This document shows positions 56,556 through 64,000 of a DNA stretch of 64,000 nt, one piece after another; within the stretch, counting starts at the first letter, position 1, and every line of letters starts with the position of its first letter. Source of the DNA: Patescibacteria group bacterium (GTDB lineage: Bacteria > Patescibacteriota > Patescibacteriia > PEXW01); assembly GCA_041671325.1 (NCBI GenBank), contig JBAZBR010000003.1, forward strand, positions 68,506-132,505, read 5' to 3'. Both the position numbers and the translations under genes were made by a program. The notes under the pieces were generated by a model. The model did no database searches. It was not told the DNA's origin and saw nothing but the letters and a program-made list of their open reading frames with translations.

Positions 56556-57447
56556 TTAATTTAATTTGGGTATACCTAGTCAAATGGAACAGGCTTGAGC
56601 GAGATTGATAAGTAGTTATAGGGTGAATCAAATATTTCGGGATGGCTAAATCTTAAGGTAAATTCAGCCACTAATTCCGGCAGGTAATCTGGAGTGACAT
56701 GGTGATACATTCTTCTAATAAAGGTTCTTAAATTGCCGAATAATCCTTCAATCTCTGAGGTTAAGCCAAACTCAAAACTTCTATGTATATCGACTTGATG
56801 TCTAACTTGCCACCAGCGGTTAATACCTTTGTAGATGGCTGAACCATCAGTTTGCAAGCAACTTTTAGGTTCAACGGTTTGGAAGATAAATTGACTCGCC
56901 TCTTGTTTGTCGACTGAGTTTTTGAAAATAACTTGGTGGGCTAGATTTTTAGAGCCAGCTTGTTTAGCCATCAAAAGGGAAAGATCTTTAAAGTAGGCTT
57001 CATCCATTTGAATCTGACCATTTAAAATCGGCTCAAATTGGGGTAAATGGAGCCTAAAGATCCTAAACCAATGTCTAACTGTCATTTCGCTTAAGTGGCA
57101 AAGTTTTTGAGTTTGGAGTACAGGAATCTTTTGAGTCCAACACCAAAGTAAAGCATAAAAGGTGCGTAAGTTTAGTTTTAGGCTTCTAAGCCAAGTGCCA
57201 GACAAGAGGCTAAAAGGTTGACGACAATTTCGGCAACGATATCGATTTTCTGATAAGTAGACCCGTCTTTGGTGACAACGGGGACAAAAGAGATGGCTGC
57301 CAAATATTATTCTTCTAAGCTTCTTTAGAATTTGAGCTTCTGAAGGGAGCTGTTTTAAGAGGGCAATCATATGTAACGCAAGGTTAATGATAGTTAAAGT
57401 CAGCTTAACCTTGTTCCAAATGGTTTAGTATACCCTTTAATTTACCC
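56556..57447 (-). mobile_element. IS1595-family insertion sequence (boundaries approximate)
   Basis: Imperfect terminal inverted repeats around AATTTAATTTGGGTATACC (left) and GGTATACTAAACC..AATT (right) bracket the transposase gene. Confidence 0.45.
56576..57370 (-). CDS. IS1595-family (ISXO2-like) DDE transposase
   Basis: N-terminal zinc ribbon CPRC...CRNC. DDE region IQMDEAYF ... QTDGSAIYKG. Confidence 0.7.
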   Translation of the reverse strand: MIALLKQLPSEAQILKKLRRIIFGSHLFCPRCHQRRVYLSENRYRCRNCRQPFSLLSGTWLRSLKLNLRTFYALLWCWTQKIPVLQTQKLCHLSEMTVRHWFRIFRLHLPQFEPILNGQIQMDEAYFKDLSLLMAKQAGSKNLAHQVIFKNSVDKQEASQFIFQTVEPKSCLQTDGSAIYKGINRWWQVRHQVDIHRSFEFGLTSEIEGLFGNLRTFIRRMYHHVTPDYLPELVAEFTLRFSHPEIFDSPYNYLSISLKPVPFD

Positions 57448-57558
57448 TTGACAAATTTTGTATTTGTGCTATGCTAATCTGTTTTCTGCAAATAAAAAGA
57501 AAAATAGCAAAAGTTGAAAAAACAATAACTGATTAATTTTACACAAAGGAGTGTCTGT

Positions 57559-59454
57559 ATGTGGTTACTTATGGTACTGCTCGGAACCATTAATCCGAAC
57601 TTCCAGCAGCTGAAGGATGGAAACGTTGGTCGTTACATCGGGATGACCATTTTACGAGCTTTTGTTTCCTTGATGTTGGTCGGTCTGGTCCAGTTTTATT
57701 TCGTGTTGCCGGCGATGTACTGGCCGAAATACCTCTGGGTCATTTTCTTTCCGATTTTATGGAACTGCATCATCACCTGGATCGAGATCATGGATGATAA
57801 CGATACCATCGTACCAGCCGGAGTCCTCACGGTGATTTTGGCGATACTGCTGGTCGTATCGATGGTGGTCGGCATATCCCCGTACACCAATACCGAAGCG
57901 AATCTTCGGCCATTGATGAACATCAAGATTGCGGACAATCTGCCGTCTGAACAACAGGATAAGCTTGACCTGAACCATATTTTGTCAGTTCCGCCGGAAA
58001 TGGCCAGTTGGAAAGCCAATAAGGTCATCAGCGGCGGTGGAAAGAATTATGGCGCTTTTTTCCAAGTCGGGACTCTGGAACTTCAGAAAATCCAGGGACG
58101 TCAGATGTATGCCGCCCCGTTGATCTATAACGGGTTCATGGCGTGGTGGCGGTCAGACGGGACACCGGGTTTTGTCCTGGTGGATGCGGAAGATCCAAAC
58201 CTGGATGCGCGGTTGGTCATCCTCGACCAGCCGATGAAATATTTGCCAGAGGGCAACTTCGGCGACAACCTGGAGCGGTACCTGTACAATCGCGGTTACA
58301 GCGATTATACCCAGTACGAACAGGTGTTCGAGGTCAACGACAGTCTGAGGCCGTATTATGTCGTGACGCTGACGAAGTTTTCGAGCGGTTTTACCGGCGA
58401 GGTCGTGGAAAAAGTATTGCTGGTCGACCCGATTACCGGCAGTATCCAGTCGTTTGTACCGGGCACCACACCGCAATGGGTTGACCGCGCATTTCCACGC
58501 GCGTTAGCCACCCAATATGCGGAATGGTGGGGTCAGTACATTCATGGGTGGTGGAACCAGTTCATCGGAGGAAGCAAGGATGTCCTGAAACCGGTAGGCG
58601 GGGTAATACTCGTCTATGGAAATTCAGAACACCCGGATTTCTTTATCCAGATGACCAGCCACACCGAAAATGATCAGTCGCTGGTCGGATATTTCCTGTT
58701 CAATAGCCATCTCAACGAGGCGATGTATTACGTCATCGGGGCCGGGACAGGAAAGAGTTACGGCCACAGTGCGTCCGTCGAAACTCTGGTTGAGGCCAGG
58801 GAAGAGGTGACGACTCCGAAGTTCCACACCAGTTTTATCACGTATTATCCCAATCTGTACGGGGAACCCACCTGGGTCGTGCCGATCATCTCGCCGAACC
58901 ATTTGGTGGAGAAAATTGCATTCGTTCATGCTCCGAATTCCCAGGCCTCAAACGCCGTGGCAATCGGGAACAACAAGACCGAAGCGCTTTCCGCCTATTT
59001 GGAACTGTTGGCCAGGGTCCGGTCTGAGTCAATCGGTAAAGTACCGACTGACCAGGCGAACCTGATGGTCGCCAGCGGTCCGGTCTCGCGGATCGGCATG
59101 GTGCCACTCACCGATGGGATACGGTATTTCATCGAATTGAACGACATGCCGAACCGGATTTTCCAGGTGCCGCCCGGCACTACACCGGGAATCCTAGCCA
59201 TGACCCGTGAAAAAGACATTGTTCGTCTCCAGTACCTTGACACGAAAGAAGGGGTACTGAGCGTCCAGCAATTCATCAATACGCGGTATGCCAACCTCAC
59301 AGTAAGTCCGGAACAAAAGACTTATGATGAACAGGTGACCGAACAGCGAGGCACGGAAAAGGATAAAGCGGAATACCTTGAGCTTCTGAAAAACCAGAAA
59401 AGGCTTGATGAGCTCAGGAAGAAGTTTGGGGAGACTGTTACCCCCGACAAGTAG
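57559..59454 (+). CDS. hypothetical membrane-anchored protein (GC-rich, next to the IS)
   Basis: 631 aa. Four N-terminal TM helices, then a large soluble domain. GC content is well above the genome background. Confidence 0.45.
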   Translation: MWLLMVLLGTINPNFQQLKDGNVGRYIGMTILRAFVSLMLVGLVQFYFVLPAMYWPKYLWVIFFPILWNCIITWIEIMDDNDTIVPAGVLTVILAILLVVSMVVGISPYTNTEANLRPLMNIKIADNLPSEQQDKLDLNHILSVPPEMASWKANKVISGGGKNYGAFFQVGTLELQKIQGRQMYAAPLIYNGFMAWWRSDGTPGFVLVDAEDPNLDARLVILDQPMKYLPEGNFGDNLERYLYNRGYSDYTQYEQVFEVNDSLRPYYVVTLTKFSSGFTGEVVEKVLLVDPITGSIQSFVPGTTPQWVDRAFPRALATQYAEWWGQYIHGWWNQFIGGSKDVLKPVGGVILVYGNSEHPDFFIQMTSHTENDQSLVGYFLFNSHLNEAMYYVIGAGTGKSYGHSASVETLVEAREEVTTPKFHTSFITYYPNLYGEPTWVVPIISPNHLVEKIAFVHAPNSQASNAVAIGNNKTEALSAYLELLARVRSESIGKVPTDQANLMVASGPVSRIGMVPLTDGIRYFIELNDMPNRIFQVPPGTTPGILAMTREKDIVRLQYLDTKEGVLSVQQFINTRYANLTVSPEQKTYDEQVTEQRGTEKDKAEYLELLKNQKRLDELRKKFGETVTPDK

Positions 59455-59535
59455 TAATGTTTATTCTGACTTGATTTTGCTCTTGGGTGCAACCAACCGT
59501 GGTTGCACCCTATTTTTTTGATACTTAAAATTTAA

Positions 59536-60510
59536 TTAAACTGACTCTATTCTCCAACCAGTTGGTGTATGAATTAACTTGCCTGGCACGGAAAAGCCCG
59601 CGGCTTTTTTGTGGCCGCCGCCGCCGAATTTTTGGGCAAGTTCGGAAACATCTACGTCTTCGTGTGTGGTTCTTAAACTGACTTTTACAAAACCGCTTGA
59701 ATCCTCTTTTAAAACCATGATGATTTTGGCATCCTGCAGAGCATTCAAGAAATTGGAAATGCCTTCCAAATCTTCATCCGTGGCTTCGCATTCGGTTAAG
59801 TCAGTTTGGGTTAAAACCGTACTGACCACGCCATCCGCATGCCTAGTTAATCTATCCAAAGCCCGGCCCCATAATTTAAGAGTGTTAACCGTCTTATTCC
59901 TGACCGTAAAATTGGTGATAGTCCGGAATTTTGCACCTAAGCCTAAAAGCTTGCCGGCAATTTCCATGGAAGATTGGGTGGTACCCAGATTTGAAAACCC
60001 GCCTGTATCAGTCAAAATGCCGGTCAAAATGCAAGTGGCCATGTCTTTGGTTATTTGGATTTGCTGGCTATCAAAAAACTGGTAAACCAATTCCGAAGCC
60101 GAAGAAGCAGTTGGTTCAACTAGGTTGATTTTCCCAAAACCTGGATTAGTGGGATGATGGTCAATATTAATAATTATTGGCTCACCTTTAATTTTTTCCA
60201 ATAAATGCCCGACGCCCGAATATGACAAACTGGAAGAATCTATAAAAATCACCAGATCAAAAGGGATACGGATGATTTCCTCATCCGTATATAAAAGGTG
60301 TTCCCAAAGCGGCAAATAGCGCAAATGCTGGGGTACGGGATGAAGGCAGTAGAAATGGAAGTGTTTGCCAATGTCCCTCAGCCAATTTGCCATAGCCAGA
60401 TTTGCCCCCAGGGTGTCGCCATCCGGTTTTTGGTGGGCAATCAGCAGGATTTCCTCCGCCTGGTCAATGGCCTTTTTGATTGTTTCGAAAGTTTGAAGTT
60501 TGTCTGACAT
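59536..60510 (-). CDS. nrnA: DHH-family phosphoesterase (NrnA-like nanoRNase / pAp phosphatase)
   Basis: DHH motifs HQKPDGDTLG and NIDHH, plus the DHHA1 motif GGGH. 324 aa. Confidence 0.8.
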   Translation of the reverse strand: MSDKLQTFETIKKAIDQAEEILLIAHQKPDGDTLGANLAMANWLRDIGKHFHFYCLHPVPQHLRYLPLWEHLLYTDEEIIRIPFDLVIFIDSSSLSYSGVGHLLEKIKGEPIIINIDHHPTNPGFGKINLVEPTASSASELVYQFFDSQQIQITKDMATCILTGILTDTGGFSNLGTTQSSMEIAGKLLGLGAKFRTITNFTVRNKTVNTLKLWGRALDRLTRHADGVVSTVLTQTDLTECEATDEDLEGISNFLNALQDAKIIMVLKEDSSGFVKVSLRTTHEDVDVSELAQKFGGGGHKKAAGFSVPGKLIHTPTGWRIESV

Positions 60511-60556
60511 AAATTAAATAGCTGGGTAGTATAAGCTAACCAGTTGGGTGCGTCAA

Positions 60557-60663
60557 GCCCCGCACCACTTTTCATCAAAATCCAGAACCTAAAAGCAGGC
60601 TTTTTAGTCGGTATTAATATCTAACTAATTTACTTAACCTTTTTATGAAAAGTGGTGCGGGGC
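60557..60663. repeat. inverted-repeat element family 'CCCGCACCACTTTC', copy 3
   Basis: Perfect 19-bp terminal inverted repeat GCCCCGCACCACTTTTCAT / ATGAAAAGTGGTGCGGGGC flanking 69 nt, upstream of nrnA. Confidence 0.6.
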
Positions 60664-60717
60664 CAAGGGCTGGGGAGGTTTGGTTTTGGATCGTGAAAAT
60701 AATCCGTCGCAATGAGG

Positions 60718-61188
60718 TTATTTTCCCTTAATTCTTTTTTCCTCCTCAAATTTTTCTAAAGCAGTATTAAATTTATCATTGGCGGCATTAACTTCCAAAA
60801 TTAAATGGTCAATAATCCCATTGAATAGGTTTGAATTTTTTTCATCAGGCCAAAGCTTCCTATCCTTTAAACTGGAAGCAATGTCCTGGCCTCTTCTTTG
60901 CCCGAATTCCAAAACATTGACCATGGCCAAGTTAAGCCGGCTAATTAATTTTGATTTATCTTCGTTGGGTAAATTTTCTTCATCAAGAATCTTTAATAAT
61001 TCTTCATAAGTTTCATAATAACCACTAATCACAATCTCTTTGGCTATTCGAATATCATCTTCCCCATACAAACCATTAGTCTGGCGGATTTGCGATTCCC
61101 AATCAGCAAAAAATTTTTCCCGATCCCAAGGTCGGCCAGGCATTTCATCGCTAATAGTCGAAATTTCTCGTCCTTCGAATTGGGTCAT
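60718..61188 (-). CDS. hypothetical protein
   Basis: 156 aa, all-alpha and acidic. Confidence 0.35.
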   Translation of the reverse strand: MTQFEGREISTISDEMPGRPWDREKFFADWESQIRQTNGLYGEDDIRIAKEIVISGYYETYEELLKILDEENLPNEDKSKLISRLNLAMVNVLEFGQRRGQDIASSLKDRKLWPDEKNSNLFNGIIDHLILEVNAANDKFNTALEKFEEEKRIKGK

Positions 61189-61201
61189 AAGAAAACAATA
61201 A

Positions 61202-61558
61202 TTAATTTACCAACTTTTCTTCCCTTCTAACCTTATCTAATAACGCCTCGATTTTTTGGGCCTTTCTTTCCCGCACATCAATGACAAAATGCAATGAAGG
61301 GATTCTTTGTAGGACCAAAGTCTTCATCAATTCATGCTGGAGAAAAGGCAGGCGTTTTTTTATTAAAGCCAAGGCTCCGGCTCCGTATTCATCGGGAATA
61401 ACCGAAAGGAAAATTTTAGCATGGCGGATATCACCCGTGGTTTCCACGCGGATAATGCTGACTAAAGCCGGTGGCGGGAAATTAAATTCAGTTAAAAAAA
61501 TTTCTCCAAGTTTTTGCTGGAGCAGGGAATTTAATTGGTTGATGCGTTTTGAGGGCAT
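61202..61558 (-). CDS. rbfA: ribosome-binding factor A
   Basis: R..R..E.I..E...F....V.I..VE.T.D...A.IF pattern. Downstream of infB, as in the canonical operon. Confidence 0.8.
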   Translation of the reverse strand: MPSKRINQLNSLLQQKLGEIFLTEFNFPPPALVSIIRVETTGDIRHAKIFLSVIPDEYGAGALALIKKRLPFLQHELMKTLVLQRIPSLHFVIDVRERKAQKIEALLDKVRREEKLVN

Positions 61559-61566
61559 AAATGTTT

Positions 61567-61671
61567 TGTCATCCTGACGACCTGACCATGGACAGGGAGG
61601 AAGGATCTTTATAAGGATTGAATATTTATGAAGATTCTTCGTCCTCGATCAGGCTCGGACTCAGAATGACA
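61567..61671. repeat. GTCATYCTGA palindromic element (MITE-like), copy
   Basis: TTGTCATCCTGACGACCTGACC...GTCCTCGATCAGGCTCGGACTCAGAATGACAG. It starts 9 nt upstream of the rbfA start codon. Confidence 0.6.
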
Positions 61672-61686
61672 GAAAAAGTTAGTTCT

Positions 61687-62076
61687 TTAGACGCCTTTCA
61701 CCTTGATCCAACTAAGTTTCTGCCATTTGATTAGTTCCTCGGAATAAGGCAAGCCTTTGGGGATGGGGTTAAGGCAAAGTATTTTAATATGTTTATATAA
61801 GGTCAAGTTTAAGCCAATGGCAAAGGCAATTTCCGCAAAAACGCTGGGGCCAATATAATTCGAAACCCCTGATTTTTTAAGATTTAAAACAAACACCTCA
61901 TCAGTCTTAGTAATAGCCTTATAAAAATTTGAGTGTAGTTTTTTGTAATTCAAGCCGACTTTGTTGTTAAATTTTGGATATGCCAAAACTTTATAACCTT
62001 TATTCTCTAAATTTTCTTTCCAGTCAATAGCCTCTTTATAAAAAGACGTACTAGCCGATATAACTACTTTTTTCAT
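61687..62076 (-). CDS. nucleoside 2-deoxyribosyltransferase-like (Nuc_deoxyrib_tr/YtoQ-like) protein
   Basis: N-terminal KKVVISASTSFY (like KIYLAGP.F) and C-terminal SVFAEIAFAIG (like GTAFEIGYA) with a conserved Glu. 129 aa. Flanked by two copies of the MITE-like element. Confidence 0.35.
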   Translation of the reverse strand: MKKVVISASTSFYKEAIDWKENLENKGYKVLAYPKFNNKVGLNYKKLHSNFYKAITKTDEVFVLNLKKSGVSNYIGPSVFAEIAFAIGLNLTLYKHIKILCLNPIPKGLPYSEELIKWQKLSWIKVKGV

Positions 62077-62084
62077 ATGATTAT

Positions 62085-62224
62085 TGTCATCCTGACGACC
62101 TGCCTATGAGCAGGGAGGAAGGATCTTAATAAGGCTAAAATTTATAAAGATTCTCCCGCCTACCTTCGCCAGACGAAGTTCGGCGGGCAGGTCGTCCTCG
62201 ATCAGACTCGGATTCAGAATGACA
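62085..62224. repeat. GTCATYCTGA palindromic element (MITE-like), longer variant
   Basis: Same termini as the 61567 copy, in the same orientation, with an internal 30-nt insertion. It lies between the infB stop and the start of the 62076 gene. Confidence 0.6.
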
Positions 62225-62230
62225 GGGATG

Positions 62231-63997
62231 TTAATTTTCTAACTTCCTCGGGACTAATTTTTCTTCTACGAAAACCAAGGTATCACCTTCTTGTAAACCG
62301 TTTACGCCAACCAATTTCAAACCGCATTCGTCATTCAGGCCGACTTCGCCGACATTTTGTTTATTTTTCTGTAATTGTTCCAAATTAACTTGGCCTAAAA
62401 CTTTATTATTCCGAAAAGCCCTAACTTTGGCTTTGGCTTTAATAGTACCTTCTGTAACCTTAGCGCCGAGAATCGTGTTCTTGCCTTCAGCCCGGAAAAT
62501 TTTCAAGATCCTGGCTTGGCCAATAGCTTCTTCCACGATATCTGCGCCTAGTCTTTCTTCCAAACCTTTTTTAATATCATCTAAAAGTTCATAAATTACC
62601 GTATAGGTTTTGACTTTAGCTTTGGTATTGGCAACGGCTTTTTGGTTGGCGCTGACATTAAAGCCAATCAGCCAGGCGCCAGCTTGTTCCGCGCGCAAGA
62701 CATCCGCTTCATTAATATCGCCCAAAGCTTGGCCCACAACTTCTGGCCGCACTTCTTTGAAAGTGAAAGTTTTCAAGCTTTCCAAAATGGCTTCCAAAGA
62801 ACCAACCTTGTCGGCTTTCAAAAATAACGGAAGTTTTTTGGCTTCACCATCAATACCTTTGCCCGCAATAACCGAAGCGGTTTTGGCTGATTCCCGAGCT
62901 TTTATCTGCATCAATCTTAAAGTCGCCTCTTGTTGTTTCATTAATTTCCTGGCAGCCTTTTCGTTTTCCGGCGCTTCCAAAACATCACCCACGGCTGGCG
63001 CGGCTTTCAGACCTAAAATAACCACAGGCATGGAAGGCGGGGCATGCTGGGTCATTTGCCCATTCCAATCTTTCAAACTTTTTACTTTGCCAATGACCGA
63101 GCCTGCGGCAATAAAATCCCCGACATTTAAGGTGCCGTTTTGGATTAAGATAGTTGCCACTGGGCCTTCGCCTGGATCAACATGGGATTCAATGACCGTG
63201 CCCACGAGTTTGCCTTTGGGATTGGCCATAAGCAGGTCTTTTTCCATGTCCGCGACCAGTAAAATTGATTCCAGCAAATCATCAATGCCTTTGCCTGACT
63301 TGGCTGAAACGCCCACGGTAATAACTTTACCGCCCCAATCTTCGGGTTGCAGGTTGATGGAAGCCAATTCAGTTTTGACTTTTTCCAAACCAGCGCCTTC
63401 CTTGTCAATTTTATTAATGGCCACCACAAAAGGGATTTTGGTACGTTCGATAATATTCAAAGCTTCGCGAGTTTGGGGTTTGATGCCGTCATCCGCGGCA
63501 ATCACCAAAATACAGACATCGGCAATATTCGCGCCGCGGGAACGCATGGCCGTGAAAGCTTCATGGCCGGGCGTATCTATAAAGGTGATCGCGCGCCCCG
63601 CGCGGTCATCCCGAGTCCCTCGAGGGATCCCTCCCTCGCTTTCGCTCTGTCGGGATGATTGTTCCTCCATTGTCGGAACAATCACCTGGTAAGCGCCAAT
63701 ATGCTGGGTAATGCCGCCGTGTTCTTTGCCTGCGACATTGGTTTTACGGATGACATCCAACAAGCTGGTTTTGCCATGGTCAACATGGCCCATGACCACG
63801 ACGACTGGCGGCCGAGGAGTGGTTCTGTCTTTATCAGCCGAAATAATTTCCGAAACTTTTTTCGCCAAGTCAGTTTCCCTTTCCGAAGTGGTTTTTTCTT
63901 TTTGCGGTTTTATTTCCGCGCCAAAATCCGAACCGACAATAGAGGCCGTATCAAAATCAATTTCTTCGTTTAAAGTCGCCAGAATTCCATTCTTCAT
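62231..63997 (-). CDS. infB: translation initiation factor IF-2, carrying an in-frame palindromic insertion in the G domain. The N-terminus may extend beyond the window.
   Basis: G1 GHVDHGKTSLLD, G3 DTPGH, G4 NKID, and a C-terminal beta-barrel. About 24 extra residues sit between AYQV and ITFIDTPGH compared with other IF-2 proteins. Confidence 0.85.
   Translation of the reverse strand: MKNGILATLNEEIDFDTASIVGSDFGAEIKPQKEKTTSERETDLAKKVSEIISADKDRTTPRPPVVVVMGHVDHGKTSLLDVIRKTNVAGKEHGGITQHIGAYQVIVPTMEEQSSRQSESEGGIPRGTRDDRAGRAITFIDTPGHEAFTAMRSRGANIADVCILVIAADDGIKPQTREALNIIERTKIPFVVAINKIDKEGAGLEKVKTELASINLQPEDWGGKVITVGVSAKSGKGIDDLLESILLVADMEKDLLMANPKGKLVGTVIESHVDPGEGPVATILIQNGTLNVGDFIAAGSVIGKVKSLKDWNGQMTQHAPPSMPVVILGLKAAPAVGDVLEAPENEKAARKLMKQQEATLRLMQIKARESAKTASVIAGKGIDGEAKKLPLFLKADKVGSLEAILESLKTFTFKEVRPEVVGQALGDINEADVLRAEQAGAWLIGFNVSANQKAVANTKAKVKTYTVIYELLDDIKKGLEERLGADIVEEAIGQARILKIFRAEGKNTILGAKVTEGTIKAKAKVRAFRNNKVLGQVNLEQLQKNKQNVGEVGLNDECGLKLVGVNGLQEGDTLVFVEEKLVPRKLEN
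63591..63683 (-). repeat. palindromic element of the GTCATYCTGA family inserted in frame within infB
   Basis: TCATCCCGACAGAGCGAAAGCGAGGGAGGGATCCCTCGAGGGACTCGGGATGA (minus strand), plus the hairpin GTTCC-TCCATTGTC-GGAAC. It encodes IVPTMEEQSSRQSESEGGIPRGTRDDRAGRA. Local GC is about 65%. Confidence 0.55.
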
Positions 63998-64000
63998 TAG

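Noticed and set aside
63591-63683. Intein as the explanation for the extra segment in IF-2.
   Set aside because: The segment is only about 24 to 31 aa and has no Cys/Ser-1 or HN/C+1 splice junction residues or endonuclease blocks. The DNA is an obvious palindrome related to the intergenic repeats.

Overview
This 64-kb window is AT-rich (about 40% GC) and densely coded. Its gene content looks like a small-genome, host-dependent bacterium, most plausibly a Patescibacteria/CPR lineage. That content includes trigger factor, NusA, PNPase with S15, RNase Y, RNase HII, ClpP, IF-2 with RbfA, HU, Ddl, TrxB, an H+-pyrophosphatase, type IV pilins and PilT, a large surface protein, two lysophospholipid acyltransferases with a PaaK-like adenylating enzyme, several Nudix hydrolases and many small membrane proteins. 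The standard code appears to be in use, because conserved proteins end at TGA, TAA and TAG. I hand-folded six tRNA genes: Arg-TCT, Val-TAC, Ala-TGC, His-GTG with a G-1, Arg-TCG and Lys-CTT. Four of them are followed directly by GC-rich structured trailer elements that share conserved blocks with compensatory changes. A YhbQ-like GIY-YIG nuclease cassette is inserted exactly at the tRNA-Lys CCA end with a 16-bp duplication. tRNA-His sits in a mosaic of its own 5' and 3' fragments and of short direct-repeat-flanked cassettes, which suggests serial integration. Two dispersed palindromic repeat families occur. One has the core GTCATYCTGA....TCAGAATGAC; its copies flank a gene between infB and rbfA and include one copy inserted in frame in the IF-2 G domain. 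The other is about 105 bp with a CCCGCACCACTTTC terminal inverted repeat, in three copies. An IS1595-family transposase and several GC-rich, apparently foreign genes are present: speH, a beta-barrel-like secreted protein, the large surface protein and a 631-aa membrane protein. Two terminator-delimited noncoding stretches, of about 500 and 600 nt, may encode structured RNAs that I could not assign. All hand-derived coordinates are approximate to within about 2 nt.
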